A stretch of 64,000 nucleotides of DNA, from NCBI GenBank assembly GCA_050290185.1, contig JBNKHE010000001.1, positions 418,713 to 482,712 on the forward strand, read 5' to 3'. Within the stretch, counting starts at the first letter, position 1, and every line of letters starts with the position of its first letter. The position numbers were made by a program, and so were the translations under genes. This document shows, piece after piece, positions 1 through 11,312 of this stretch. This DNA comes from Pontiella sp. (GTDB taxonomy: Bacteria; Verrucomicrobiota; Kiritimatiellia; Kiritimatiellales; Pontiellaceae). Below the pieces are notes generated by a model, which saw nothing but the letters and a program-made list of their open reading frames with translations, was not told where the DNA came from and searched no databases.

Positions 1-319
1 TGCCGCCTACCACGATTATTTCCCGACCGGATTCGAAGGCAGGCCGCACTGATTCCAGATACGTAGCGACGCTGAACTTTCCGGTCGGATCAATCAGATC
101 GACACCGGCATACTTCACCTTGCCCCGCTCTTCTGCCGAAGGCTTTGCGGTCCCTATGTCCATGCCACGGTAGAGATTCATCGAATCGGCGGAGACCACC
201 AGCTGCCCCTGGCGTTCGGCCATGTATTGCGCCACCGCACTTTTCCCGGAGGCGGTTGGCCCCACCAGAAAGAAAGCGCACGGCGCTTGGCGCCTGGTGC
301 ATGGCGCATCGCTAGCCAT
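1..319 (-). CDS. miaA: tRNA dimethylallyltransferase, 5' part (runs off window; absent from ORF track)
   Basis: Manual translation from ATG at 319: ...FLVGPTASGKSAVAQYMAE...VSADSMNLYRGMDIGTAKPS, the MiaA P-loop and DSMxxYRGMDIGTAKP motifs; start overlaps the lspA stop. Confidence 0.93.
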   Translation of the reverse strand, partial: MASDAPCTRRQAPCAFFLVGPTASGKSAVAQYMAERQGQLVVSADSMNLYRGMDIGTAKPSAEERGKVKYAGVDLIDPTGKFSVATYLESVRPAFESGREIIVVGG

Positions 320-800
320 CGCCCTGCTCCATGCCCTCTGTGCCATCCTTCCCCTCTTTTGAAGAAAGGAGATTCGTGATGACGTAGAGGCCGATGGCGA
401 TGCAGATGGAGGAATCTGCCACATTGAACGAAGGATAGTGGTAGGAGCCGAACTGGAAATCGAGAAAGTCGGTTACCCAGCCGAAGCGAATGCGGTCCAC
501 CAGATTTCCGGCAATGCCGCCAATCAGCAGGCCCAGTAATATTCTGTGCGACAGTTGTTCCTGCAGGAAGGAACTTCGGTAAACCAGAAGAAGGACCAGA
601 ACCGCAACGGATATGAGAATCAGTATGAGTCCATGTCCACTGAGGATATTCCACGCCGCACCGTCGTTGCGGACGTAGACCAGATTGAAAAACCCTTCAA
701 TGATCGGGTGGGACTCACCGTAAAGCAGATGATCCCTGACCGCCTGCTTGGTAAGTTGATCCAGAACCAGGACGATTAAACCAAGCAACAGAACCAGCAT
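312..800 (-). CDS. lspA: Lipoprotein signal peptidase II
   Basis: LDQLTK, NDGAAW, GNLVDR, VTDFL, FNVADSSI motifs; hydrophobic; downstream of ileS. Confidence 0.96.
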   Translation of the reverse strand: MLVLLLGLIVLVLDQLTKQAVRDHLLYGESHPIIEGFFNLVYVRNDGAAWNILSGHGLILILISVAVLVLLLVYRSSFLQEQLSHRILLGLLIGGIAGNLVDRIRFGWVTDFLDFQFGSYHYPSFNVADSSICIAIGLYVITNLLSSKEGKDGTEGMEQGDG

Positions 801-818
801 GAATCGCCTCCGGGCAGA

Positions 819-1397
819 TTACATGCCGTGGATAGTGGAACCGAACGGACGGTAGGTAGCGCGGCCCCGCTCCAGTTCGGACTGGGCCTGTACGGAATAG
901 CGGACATAGGGAAGCGCTTCAAGACGCTCGATATTGATCGCCACGTCGGTCATCTCGCAAATGCCGTAGGTACCGTTTTCGAGACGTCTGATGGCTTCAT
1001 CAATCTCGAAGAGCACATCCTGCTCATTGCTGAGCTGGTTGAGAGCAAACTCGCGGTCAAACGTATCGGTCCCCTGATCGGAAAGCGACGGATCGGGATC
1101 GCTGGGACTCAGCGAATCGCGGTTGATCGAAATGATTTCACCGGTAACGCGTTCCCGCAGTTCAAGCAGACGGCGCAGCTGCTCTTTGAGCTGCTTTTGG
1201 GTAAAATGTTTGTTCTTGGAAATCTTGCCCGTCAATGGGCCTCCGCCGGTACGGGCTACAGGCGAGGTAGGCGACTGTTTTTTGGCGGCAGGAGCCTTTT
1301 TCGCCGGTGCTTTCTTCGCAGCAGCTTTTTTGGCAGGAGCCTTCTTGGCGGCAGCCTTCTTCGCCGGGGCTTTTTTAGCGGTTTTTTTAGTAGCCAT
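819..1397 (-). CDS. DksA/TraR-family protein with Lys/Ala-rich (PAKK repeat) N-terminus
   Basis: C-terminal EIDEAIRRLENGTYGICEMT...ERLEALP; N-terminal KKAPAKKAAA repeats; start ATG 1397 or TTG 1406. Confidence 0.88.
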   Translation of the reverse strand: MATKKTAKKAPAKKAAAKKAPAKKAAAKKAPAKKAPAAKKQSPTSPVARTGGGPLTGKISKNKHFTQKQLKEQLRRLLELRERVTGEIISINRDSLSPSDPDPSLSDQGTDTFDREFALNQLSNEQDVLFEIDEAIRRLENGTYGICEMTDVAINIERLEALPYVRYSVQAQSELERGRATYRPFGSTIHGM

Positions 1398-1495
1398 TTT
1401 CTTCAAATCTCCAGTGCAAATTCAGCTATTCCCTGAAATAAAGGGTTGCGTATTTATCATCTGACCCCACCCCTGTCAACCTACATATACTGTTA

Positions 1496-4400
1496 TTAGG
1501 AAGCGGTCTTAATGGACAGCAAACAGGGGTGTCCGTTCAAATCCCATTGGGTTTTCATTTCACCCACGCCATCCTGCTCCTCGCACGACAGGGCAAGGGT
1601 CTCTGCTTCAATATATTCCCGGTATTCCGCAACTGCCGTGCCAATTTCGGAATCCCCCTTGAATCCGATGCGAATGCGTTGCGTGACCTCCAAATCCATC
1701 TCCTTGCGCATGCTCTGGATCTTGTTCACGAATTCGCGCGCCAGACCTTCGGTAATCAGATCGTCATTGAGCTGGGTATCCAGCCCGACCACCAGGGAAC
1801 CTTCCGCACTTACGGCCATGCCGGCCTTCGGGTTACGCACGACTTCGATATCGCCGTCCGTCAACTCGATGTTCCGACCCTCCAGTTCAACCGTAACGGT
1901 TTCCCCGGAGGAAATCGTCGTGACCTGTTCATCCGACAGGCTGTTGATCAGCGGAACGGCCTTCTTCATCAACGGACCAAGCTTGGGCCCCAGCTGTTTG
2001 AAATTGGGCTTGGCCTGGATGGTGGCTAGCTCGGAGGAGTCGGTACCGAAAACAACCTCACGAACATTCAGCTCGTCGGATATCAGGCTTTCGAGTTCCT
2101 GGATATTGGCCAACAGTTTTTCGTCGTCGCAGACGACATGCATTTTGGCCAGCGGCTGGCGGTTTTTCAACTTGTACTCGGCGCGCAGGGCGCGTCCCTG
2201 CTCGACCGCGCTCATGACAACGGCCATCTGGCCTTCAAGTACTTCGTCGCGCTTCGCATCGGCGGCGGTCGGGAAGTCGCACAGGTGGACCGATTCCGGC
2301 ATACCGTCGGTTTTCAGATTCTGGTAGATGGTTTCCGAGATGAAAGGCGTGAACGGTGCAGCAATCTTACTGAGGCCCAGCAGCACGTCGTACAATGTGG
2401 AATAAGCCTGCATCTTGTCGCCATCATCCTCGCTCTTCCAGAAACGGCGGCGCGAGCGGCGGATATACCAATTGGTCAGATCATCGATAAACTGGACAAA
2501 CGGACGGACAGCCGCCTGCAGGTCGTAGGTATCCATCGCATCGGTCACCTGCTGTTCCAGACGCGCCAGCGAGCTTTGGATCCAACGGTCCATCAGATTA
2601 TCGCGCTCCGGTACGGATTGCTCCGGCGTCCACTGATCCACATTGGAGTAGGTGATAAAGAAGCTGTAGGAATTCCACCAAGGAAGGATCAGATGGCGCA
2701 GGGCATTCTTGACTCCATCTTCCGAAAAACGGAGCGATTCGGCGCGAACCACCGGAGAATAGATCATGTAGAGGCGCAGCGCGTCGGCGCCGTATTCATT
2801 GATCACGTGGATCGGGTCGGGATAGTTCTTCAGGCGCTTGGACATCTTCAGCCCGTCCTCGGCCAGCACAAGGCCGTTGACGACAACGTTCTTGAAGGCC
2901 GGCTTGTCGAACAGCGCGGTCGAGAGCACCATCAGCGTGTAGAACCAGCCACGGGTCTGGTCGAGACCCTCCGCGATGAAGTCCGCCGGGAAGTTGGCTT
3001 CGAAGTGCTCCTTATTATCAAAGGGATAGTGGTTCTGCGCATACGGCATCGAACCGGACTCGAACCAGCAGTCGAGCACTTCCGGCGTGCGCTTGTAGGT
3101 CTTGCCGTCCTTCTCGATAATGATCTCGTCGACGAAGTGCTTGTGCAGATCCTCGACCTTCTGGCCGGAAAGCGCCTCCAGCTGTTCGATGGACGAAATG
3201 CAGATCATATCGTCCTTGTCCTCGACATTAACCCATACCGGGATACAGGAACCCCAGAAACGGTTGCGACTGATATTCCAGTCCTTGGCGTCGGCCAGCC
3301 AGTTGGCAAAGCGCTTTTCGCCGACATAGTCGGGCATCCAGTGCACGCCATCGTTGTTCTTAAGCATGCGATCACGCAGGTCTTCCACGCGTACATACCA
3401 TGCGTCGATGGCGCGGTAGACCAGCGGCGTGTCGGTACGTTCGCAGAAGGGATAGCTGTGCTGGATCGTCGATTGATGGATCAGCTTGCCGGCATGCTTG
3501 AGCGCCCGGATGATCTCCTTGTCGGCATCCTTGCAGAACTGGCCGGCATAGTCGGGAACGAGCTGGGTAAACTTGCAATCCTCGTCGAGCGGGTCAACCA
3601 GCGGGATATCGACATCCCGGCAGACGCGATAGTCGTCCTCGCCGTAGGCCGGAGCCAGATGCACGATCCCGGTGCCGTCTTCCGTCGTTACATACTCGTC
3701 GTTCAGAATCTGGAAGGAATTGGGATTGTCGGCGAAGAAATCGAAGATCGGCTCGTATTTCAGCCCCTTCAAATCGGTCCCCTTGTAGGACTTGAGGACT
3801 TCGTATTCCTCTTCCGACTTGTAGTAGGCCGAAAGGCGCGCCTGCGCCAGAACGAATACTTCGTGGGTTTCCTTGTCCTTGATCGCGACATAGTCGACGT
3901 CCGGCCCGGCGCAGATCGCCAGGTTGGAAGGCAGCGTCCACGGCGTGGTCGTCCAGATCAGCGCGCTGGCATGCTCGAATTCAAAATCAATCAGCCGGAC
4001 GCGGACGGTGACCGCCGGATCCTGCACATCCTGGTAGTTGCGGCCCGCCTCGAAGTTGGAGAGCGGCGTGTTGAGCTTCCAGCTGTAGGGCATGATGCGG
4101 TGCGCCTTGTAGATGCGTCCCTGCTCCCACAACTGCGAAAAGACCCACCAAATGGTTTCCATGAACGGCGTGTCCATGGTCTTGTAGTCGTTCTCGAAGT
4201 CGACCCAGCGACCCATGCGGGTCACCGTCTTTTCCCACTCCTCGACATATTTGGTAACCATCGAGCGGCACTGCTCGTTGAACACATCAACGCCCGCCTC
4301 TTGAATGGCCGGCGCACCCGCGAGGCCAAGCGCCTCCTGCGCAAGCGCCTCGATCGGCAGGCCGTGGCAGTCCCAGCCAAAACGGCGCGAAACATAGTGG

Positions 4401-4627
4401 CCACGCATCGCCTGGTAGCGCGGGATGATGTCTTTGATCGTTCCCGCCAGCAGATGACCGTAGTGCGGCAGACCGGTCGCAAAAGGAGGTCCGTCGTAGA
4501 AAACAAATTCCTTGCCGCCCTTGCGGATTTCCAGCGACTTCTTGAAGGTATCCTGCTCCTTCCAGAGCTTGATCACCTCTTCCTCCATCCCTGGGAAACT
4601 CACTTTGCTGGAAACATCTTTAAACAT
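1496..4627 (-). CDS. ileS: Isoleucyl-tRNA synthetase (long, IleRS2-type)
   Basis: DGPPFATGLPHYGH, GWDCHGLP, EGLDQTRGWF, KMSKR; 1043 aa. Confidence 0.97.
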   Translation of the reverse strand: MFKDVSSKVSFPGMEEEVIKLWKEQDTFKKSLEIRKGGKEFVFYDGPPFATGLPHYGHLLAGTIKDIIPRYQAMRGHYVSRRFGWDCHGLPIEALAQEALGLAGAPAIQEAGVDVFNEQCRSMVTKYVEEWEKTVTRMGRWVDFENDYKTMDTPFMETIWWVFSQLWEQGRIYKAHRIMPYSWKLNTPLSNFEAGRNYQDVQDPAVTVRVRLIDFEFEHASALIWTTTPWTLPSNLAICAGPDVDYVAIKDKETHEVFVLAQARLSAYYKSEEEYEVLKSYKGTDLKGLKYEPIFDFFADNPNSFQILNDEYVTTEDGTGIVHLAPAYGEDDYRVCRDVDIPLVDPLDEDCKFTQLVPDYAGQFCKDADKEIIRALKHAGKLIHQSTIQHSYPFCERTDTPLVYRAIDAWYVRVEDLRDRMLKNNDGVHWMPDYVGEKRFANWLADAKDWNISRNRFWGSCIPVWVNVEDKDDMICISSIEQLEALSGQKVEDLHKHFVDEIIIEKDGKTYKRTPEVLDCWFESGSMPYAQNHYPFDNKEHFEANFPADFIAEGLDQTRGWFYTLMVLSTALFDKPAFKNVVVNGLVLAEDGLKMSKRLKNYPDPIHVINEYGADALRLYMIYSPVVRAESLRFSEDGVKNALRHLILPWWNSYSFFITYSNVDQWTPEQSVPERDNLMDRWIQSSLARLEQQVTDAMDTYDLQAAVRPFVQFIDDLTNWYIRRSRRRFWKSEDDGDKMQAYSTLYDVLLGLSKIAAPFTPFISETIYQNLKTDGMPESVHLCDFPTAADAKRDEVLEGQMAVVMSAVEQGRALRAEYKLKNRQPLAKMHVVCDDEKLLANIQELESLISDELNVREVVFGTDSSELATIQAKPNFKQLGPKLGPLMKKAVPLINSLSDEQVTTISSGETVTVELEGRNIELTDGDIEVVRNPKAGMAVSAEGSLVVGLDTQLNDDLITEGLAREFVNKIQSMRKEMDLEVTQRIRIGFKGDSEIGTAVAEYREYIEAETLALSCEEQDGVGEMKTQWDLNGHPCLLSIKTAS

Positions 4628-4667
4628 GGCTGGCCTCTCGCACTACCTTTTCATACATAATATCTTA

Positions 4668-4730
4668 ACCACAGAGAACACAGAGGGTCACAGAGAAATC
4701 CCCTCCGCACACCTTGGTGCTCTCTGTGGT
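4668..4730. repeat. Short-period (9-10 nt, CACAGAG) palindromic intergenic element
   Basis: ACCACAGAGAACACAGAGGGTCACAGAG...CTCTGTGGT; related copies at 36519, 62583, 63034. Confidence 0.75.
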
Positions 4731-4831
4731 GAACTGTTCGCCCCGTGGAGGAAAGCGCAGAATGTAGCGACTGCCCTATGGGATGACAAGCAGGCAGGCG
4801 TCTGAATTTGGCTTATTTAGCCCTATAAATG

Positions 4832-4861
4832 AAAAACTCCCGCCGGATGACGGGAGTTTTT
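4832..4861 (-). terminator. Intrinsic (probably bidirectional) terminator after pgk
   Basis: AAAAACTCCCG-N8-CGGGAGTTTTT hairpin with A/T tails. Confidence 0.75.
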
Positions 4862-4883
4862 CGATCGTTTGGTTTTGAACGAC

Positions 4884-6083
<1,200 letters not shown>

Positions 6084-6410
6084 AATTCCACTCCCTGTTG
6101 GTTAAATTGAGGCGCTGATCATAAGCATATCCGAAAACGAGTCAAACGAAACCGAATGCGGCCGCGCCTTGGAGCCACTGTGTTTGTCATGAAATTTGAA
6201 AGGCCGGACCGGCCATTAATCGATTGGCCAGAACGACCATTTTCCGCATGCTTGCGGTTAGGGAACCCTTCTTCGGTTTGCCGTTGGCGGCAAGGCGTTC
6301 GCAAACCTCCCCGAAAGCGAGATTATGCTGGCTTGCGCCGACCGCGGGCATGTATAGAGCCCGGCGAATGCGTGCAACAACTTCTCTGCATCATCAAGGT
6401 GATATTTGTC

Positions 6411-7856
6411 TCAGGATAAAGCGCGGTTCCCGCCGACGAGAGAGTATACCTTGGAGTAGCCGGCGGAACGGAAGGCGTTGGCAGTGTATTGCGTGCGGAC
6501 GCCGGCGGCGCAGACGAGCAGATAGGGTTTATCTTTTTCAATCGCTGAAGGATTCCCCAACAGATCGTTCATGGGGATGTGCACATGTTCACAGGGCAAC
6601 GGTTCTGCAACCACCTCGTTCGGCTCCCGGATATCGATCACGAAAAAGTCGGAGAGATTGATTTCATTGACCGACACATCGACCGATTCGGGGAGTACCG
6701 CATCGGGTTCGTGTGCTGGACACGTCGCGTTCCGCGGCAAGGCGATCCGGCGCATGCCGTAGTCGGACAGGTTGACGATGAGCAGTTCGTTTTCGAGCCG
6801 ACCGTCGAGTTGGAGCAATTGCTTGATGGCTTCCAGCGCCTGGATGGAACCGAGCACACCGGGCACCGGTCCGAGCACGCCGGCGACCGAGCAGGATGGC
6901 ACCTCCTTTGGCGCGCCGTTTTCGTAGAGGCATTCCAGACAGGAGGAATCGGGCGTTACAACCTGCACTTGTCCCTCGAATTGGTAGATGCTGGCAAACA
7001 CCACCGGAATACCGGCCTTGATGGCCACGCGGTTGACAAGCAGCTTGGTATCCATGCAGTCGGTGCATTCGACGATGATGTCGTACTCGGACAACTGTTC
7101 AATATCGAGTTGCTGAAAAAGCACATCAAAAGCTTCGACTTCGATTTCCGGATTGTATGACTTCAGCCATTCGCCGGCCAGCGCGGCTTTGGATTCACCG
7201 AGATGGTTCGGGACATAGAGAAACTGGCGATGCAGGTTGCTGGCTTCGAGCCGGTCGTGCTCGACGATGCCGAGGTGACCAACGCCTGCGCCGGCCAGGT
7301 AGGCCAGCACCGGGCAACCCAGTCCGCCGGCGCCGACCACCAGAACACGGCTGGCCGCGAGCTTGCGCTGCCCCATCGGACCGATGGCCTTGAGGGCGGT
7401 TTGACGGCTGTAGTCCATTTTGGGTTTGTGTCCGTGCTTGGCGCATTCCTCGCAGTTGACCCAGCCGGAGTCGCCGGTGACGTAATGTTCCTTTTTCCAG
7501 ATGGGCACGCGCACCTTGATTTCGTCGATGATGTAACGGCAGGCCTTGAAGGCGGCATCGCGGTGCGGCGTGGCGACGCCGACCCATACGGCGATGTCGC
7601 CGATGGCCAGATGGCCGACGCGATGGATGCAAACGGCTTTTTCGAGGCCAAACTTTTGACGCGCTTCGTCGAGAATGCGGTTTCCTTCGGCGACGGCGAG
7701 CTGGTCGTAGGCTTCGTATTCGAGCGAAGTGACGTCATGCCCCTCGTTGTGGTTGCGCACCCAGCCTTCGAACGTCACCAGCGCCCCGCATGCGGGGTTT
7801 TCGGTTTCGGCTTTCAATTGCTCAACGTTGAGCGGTTCTGACGATAAATAAAACAT
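6411..7856 (-). CDS. MoaE-MoeB/ThiF-rhodanese fusion (molybdopterin synthase large subunit + sulfurylase)
   Basis: MoaE motifs (GALVTFEGWVR, HRVGHL, PIWKKE), then MoeB (GAGGLG, SNLHRQ, CLEC) and rhodanese (CAAGVRT); start reassigned to ATG 7856. Confidence 0.9.
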   Translation of the reverse strand: MFYLSSEPLNVEQLKAETENPACGALVTFEGWVRNHNEGHDVTSLEYEAYDQLAVAEGNRILDEARQKFGLEKAVCIHRVGHLAIGDIAVWVGVATPHRDAAFKACRYIIDEIKVRVPIWKKEHYVTGDSGWVNCEECAKHGHKPKMDYSRQTALKAIGPMGQRKLAASRVLVVGAGGLGCPVLAYLAGAGVGHLGIVEHDRLEASNLHRQFLYVPNHLGESKAALAGEWLKSYNPEIEVEAFDVLFQQLDIEQLSEYDIIVECTDCMDTKLLVNRVAIKAGIPVVFASIYQFEGQVQVVTPDSSCLECLYENGAPKEVPSCSVAGVLGPVPGVLGSIQALEAIKQLLQLDGRLENELLIVNLSDYGMRRIALPRNATCPAHEPDAVLPESVDVSVNEINLSDFFVIDIREPNEVVAEPLPCEHVHIPMNDLLGNPSAIEKDKPYLLVCAAGVRTQYTANAFRSAGYSKVYSLVGGNRALS

Positions 7857-7868
7857 AGCATTCCTTGA

Positions 7869-7934
7869 TGGAGGGACACTGTCCTCAGTGTCCTCATCAC
7901 ACGAAAAGTGGACAATGAGGACATTGTCCCTCCA
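7869..7934. repeat. REP-like doublet palindrome
   Basis: TGGAGGGACACTGTCCTCAGTGTCC...GGACAATGAGGACATTGTCCCTCCA; related copy 36006-36057. Confidence 0.7.
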
Positions 7935-7936
7935 GG

Positions 7937-8176
7937 TTACCCTCCAGCCACCGGCGGAATAAAGACCACGGAATCGCCATCGTTCAACGACGTGTTCCAA
8001 TCCACAAAGGCGTCGTTGATGGCGAGGCGTACATGCGAGCGGCACATGGAGAAATCGTGTTTTGTTTTGAGTTGATCAAACAACGCAACGGCGTCGCCAC
8101 CATCAGTTTCAACGGTCTCAGCGCTGCATCCCGCCTCTTCGCGGAACATGGCGTAATAGTTAACGGTTATCTTCAT
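7937..8176 (-). CDS. moaD: Molybdopterin synthase sulfur carrier subunit
   Basis: 79 aa from ATG 8176, ending FIPPVAGG; between moaA and the moaE fusion. Confidence 0.93.
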   Translation of the reverse strand: MKITVNYYAMFREEAGCSAETVETDGGDAVALFDQLKTKHDFSMCRSHVRLAINDAFVDWNTSLNDGDSVVFIPPVAGG

Positions 8177-8241
8177 GATACGTGAAACGTGAGCCGTGAA
8201 ACGTGAACCTGTAGCCACCACGTCTCAATCGTCACTCGTCA
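8176..8241. repeat. 7-nt-period (CGTGA/TCACG) palindromic intergenic element
   Basis: CGTGAAACGTGAGCCGTGAAACGTGA...CACGTCTCAATCGTCACTCGTCA; related copies at 11197, 18716, 19657, 40183. Confidence 0.7.
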
Positions 8242-9276
8242 TCCTCCTATATAGAACATTTCGATTTTGTGCTTCGATTCCTTCTTCGTGTTTTCGCCCC
8301 AGCGCAACTGGCTGTATTGATCGTGCCGCTGCTCCCAGACGGAGCGGATCGCATCGTGCAGATCGTCATCCGATGTGCCGTTGCGGACGAGTGCGCGCAG
8401 GTCGGTGCCTTCGGTGGCGAAGAGACAGGTGTAGAGCTTGCCGTCGGCCGAGAGCCGGCTGCGGTTGCACGAGCGGCAGAAGGGCTGGCTGATGGAGGAT
8501 ACGAATCCAATCTCGCCGGAGCCATCGGCGAAGCGGTAGCGGTCGGCGACTTCGCCGGGATAGTTTTTTCCGATCGGCTCGATTTTCCAATGCGCGAAAA
8601 CATGGCCGATCAGCTCGGCGGTCGGCACTACCTGGTCGCGCTGCCAATGGTTGACGTTGCCGACATCCATGTATTCGATGAAGCGCACCGTGACACCCGA
8701 GCCCTTGAACTGTTGCAGAATCGGGACCACTTCGCCGAGGTTGATATCGCGCCGGACGACGGTGTTGATCTTGATATCCTCGAAGCCGACAGACTGCGCC
8801 GCAGCGATGCCTTCAAGCACCTGTTCCGGGAAATTGATGCCGCCATTCATTTGGCGGAAGATGGTTTCGTCGAGTGCGTCCAGACTGACGGTCACGCGGT
8901 CGAGGCCGGCGGCCTTCAGGGCGGCGGCGAAGCGGGGAAGCAGGACGCCGTTGGTCGTCATGGCGATATCCCGGATCCCCGGGATTTCGCGCAGATCCCT
9001 GACCAGCTCGGACAGATGGGTGCGCAACAGCGGCTCGCCGCCGGTGAGGCGGATCTTTTCCACGCCGAGGAGGGTAAACTGCCGGACGAGCCGGAGCATT
9101 TCCTCGAACGACAACCGCTCATCATGCGCCAGCCACGGGAAATCGGGACCGACTTCCTCCGCCGGCATGCAATAGGTGCAGCGGAAGTTGCAGCGGTCGA
9201 TCACCGACAAGCGTAAGTCCCGCATGGGGCGCTTAAGCTTGTCGACCGGCATTTCTATGTTCTTTGGGTTTGTCAT
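8239..9276 (-). CDS. moaA: GTP 3',8-cyclase
   Basis: Radical SAM CNFRCTYC, C-terminal FCRSCNR...C, terminal IGG. Confidence 0.96.
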   Translation of the reverse strand: MTNPKNIEMPVDKLKRPMRDLRLSVIDRCNFRCTYCMPAEEVGPDFPWLAHDERLSFEEMLRLVRQFTLLGVEKIRLTGGEPLLRTHLSELVRDLREIPGIRDIAMTTNGVLLPRFAAALKAAGLDRVTVSLDALDETIFRQMNGGINFPEQVLEGIAAAQSVGFEDIKINTVVRRDINLGEVVPILQQFKGSGVTVRFIEYMDVGNVNHWQRDQVVPTAELIGHVFAHWKIEPIGKNYPGEVADRYRFADGSGEIGFVSSISQPFCRSCNRSRLSADGKLYTCLFATEGTDLRALVRNGTSDDDLHDAIRSVWEQRHDQYSQLRWGENTKKESKHKIEMFYIGG

Positions 9277-9389
9277 TTTTTCGAAGAATAACAGCAGTAC
9301 TACTGTTGTGCGGATAAAAAAGATTGCGCATCACACGCGTGAAAATCAAATACATCATCTCGTTGGGTCATTTTTCCATGCAAAACCAG

Positions 9390-9405
9390 TGCATGGAGTA
9401 TGCCA
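9390..9405 (-). promoter_or_regulatory. Sigma-54 -24/-12 promoter of the moaA operon
   Basis: Reverse strand TGGCAT-ACTCC-ATGCA. Confidence 0.65.
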
Positions 9406-9629
9406 CCGCCTCGCAATCACCCCAGATCTGCCGAAACCCTCCATACCGCAGGCGAAAAGAAGCGAAAAGCGGAAAGCCAACAAATACATGACAACACCGA
9501 TTACAATGTACACATTTGTATCATATTGCCATTTTACAACATAATTGGAATTCAATTCAGTTCGCCCGTGCAACGGAAAATCGCTGATTCGCCCTGTGTT
9601 TATTGCGTCCCCGGATAGTGCACGCTGCG

Positions 9630-9645
9630 TGGCACATGTCGTGCA
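9630..9645 (+). promoter_or_regulatory. Sigma-54 promoter of the narK-like operon
   Basis: TGGCAC-ATGTC-GTGCA. Confidence 0.75.
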
Positions 9646-9723
9646 ATGGAGCGCAACCATAAACCCCGTTTTGATGGGATCCGTCGGGGAGACCGCAAGA
9701 TATAACCTGTGAGGAGATAAATC

Positions 9724-11196
9724 ATGGCATCAGCCAATCTAAATCCGCTGGATTTCAAAAATCCGGCCATACGAACCCTGCATCTGTCGTGGGTTGCATT
9801 TTTCCTGACCTTTGTAGTGTGGTTCAGCCACGCTCCGCTCATGGGAGCCATCAAAGAGGCGTTCGGCCTGTCCGGTCAACAGGTCAAAGCCCTCCTGATC
9901 CTGAACGTTGCCCTGACCATTCCAGCCCGCATTGTGATTGGCATCCTGGTCGACAAGTTCGGGCCGCGGCATGTATTCAGCGGACTACTGATTGTCTCGT
10001 CCTTCATCTGCTTTGGCTTTGCCTCGGCGCAGTCGTTCGAACAGCTGGCCTTGTTCCGCTTCCTGCTCGGCTTCGTGGGCGCCGGCTTTGTGATCGGCAT
10101 CCGTCTGGTCGGCGAATGGTTTCCGGCCAAACAGGTTGGGATGGCCGAAGGCATCTATGGCGGCTGGGGCAACTTCGGTTCGGCGGCGGCAGCCATGACC
10201 CTGCCCTCGCTGGCGTTGATCTACGGCGGTGAAAACGGCTGGCGTTACGCCATCGCCACGACCGGCGTAGTCACCCTGCTCTACGGGGTCGTTTTCTACC
10301 TGCGCGCCCGCAACACCCCCAAAGGCTCCACCTACTTCAAACCGAAAAAGTCCGGCGGACTGGAAGTCTCCTGCAAGAAAGATTTTTATTTCTATCTGAC
10401 CATGAACATCCCGATGTATCTGGCGCTTGCATTGCTGACCTGGAAGCTCACCTCGGCCAAGATCGCCCTGCTCTCACCGGCCGTCGGGATTGTATTATAC
10501 ATCAGCTTCGTGATTCTGTTCATCGTTCAGACGTTCAAGATCCGTCATGTAAACAGTCATCTATTTGAAAAAGAGCAGACCGCCGGACTGCTCAACTACA
10601 AATTCAAGCAGGTTGCGATTCTCGACCTTGCCTACCTCGTCACCTTCGGCTCCGAGCTGGCGGTGGTCTCCATGCTTCCGCTCTTCTTCATGGAGGTATT
10701 CAAGCTGGGAGCCGTGGAGGCCGGCCTGCTGGCATCCGGCTTTGCCTTTATGAATCTGGTTGCCCGCCCCGGCGGCGGATGGATTTCCGACAAGCTCGGC
10801 CGTCGCAAAACCCTCATGGTGCTGATTGCCGGACTAGCCTGCGGATATTTCGTTCTGGGACAGGTGGGCGCGAGCTGGCCGGTGCAGCTGGCCGTGGTAG
10901 CCACCATGTGCTGTTCATTCTTCGTCCAGGCCGGCGAAGGCGCCGTCTTCGCCATGGTGCCGCTCGTCCAGCGCCGCATGACCGGACAGATTGCCGGCAT
11001 GGTCGGGGCCTATGGCAATGTCGGCGCCGTCATCTTCCTGACCGTGCTCTCCTTCGTTGACTACTCGACCTTCTTCATCGTGATCGGCTCCTGCTCGCTA
11101 CTGACCCTGCTCAGCACGGCGTTCATCACCGAACCGGCCGGGCACGTCTCCGAAGTTGACGAAAGCGGGAATATCCAGCTGATCGAGGTGGCATAG
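9724..11196 (+). CDS. NarK/NrtP-family nitrate/nitrite MFS transporter
   Basis: About 12 TM segments; nitrate signature YGGWGNFG and [17 protein letters not shown]. Confidence 0.93.
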   Translation: MASANLNPLDFKNPAIRTLHLSWVAFFLTFVVWFSHAPLMGAIKEAFGLSGQQVKALLILNVALTIPARIVIGILVDKFGPRHVFSGLLIVSSFICFGFASAQSFEQLALFRFLLGFVGAGFVIGIRLVGEWFPAKQVGMAEGIYGGWGNFGSAAAAMTLPSLALIYGGENGWRYAIATTGVVTLLYGVVFYLRARNTPKGSTYFKPKKSGGLEVSCKKDFYFYLTMNIPMYLALALLTWKLTSAKIALLSPAVGIVLYISFVILFIVQTFKIRHVNSHLFEKEQTAGLLNYKFKQVAILDLAYLVTFGSELAVVSMLPLFFMEVFKLGAVEAGLLASGFAFMNLVARPGGGWISDKLGRRKTLMVLIAGLACGYFVLGQVGASWPVQLAVVATMCCSFFVQAGEGAVFAMVPLVQRRMTGQIAGMVGAYGNVGAVIFLTVLSFVDYSTFFIVIGSCSLLTLLSTAFITEPAGHVSEVDESGNIQLIEVA

Positions 11197-11311
11197 CGTG
11201 ACGAGTGATGCGTGAGACGTGCGGCGTGAGAGTAAAACGTAAACCTTGCGCCTGAACATGAATACCATCAGAATACGGAAAATCACGAATCACTCATCAA
11301 TCGTCATTCAC
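11197..11311. repeat. 7-nt-period palindromic intergenic element
   Basis: CGTGACGAGTGATGCGTGAGACGTG...TCACGAATCACTCATCAATCGTCATTCAC. Confidence 0.65.
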
Positions 11312-11312
11312 C

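Noticed and set aside
2138..4660. Long antisense ORFs (also 4869-6110, 26772-28511, 32563-34308, 38347-40245)
   Set aside because: Mirror frames of strongly codon-biased real genes, with no recognisable motifs
4628..4830. T-box riboswitch upstream of ileS
   Set aside because: No T-box consensus recognised; the structure is explained by the palindromic repeat
7857..8045. N-terminal 63 aa of the 544-aa MoaE fusion ORF
   Set aside because: Overlaps moaD and a REP-like palindrome; MoaE similarity begins at Met 7856
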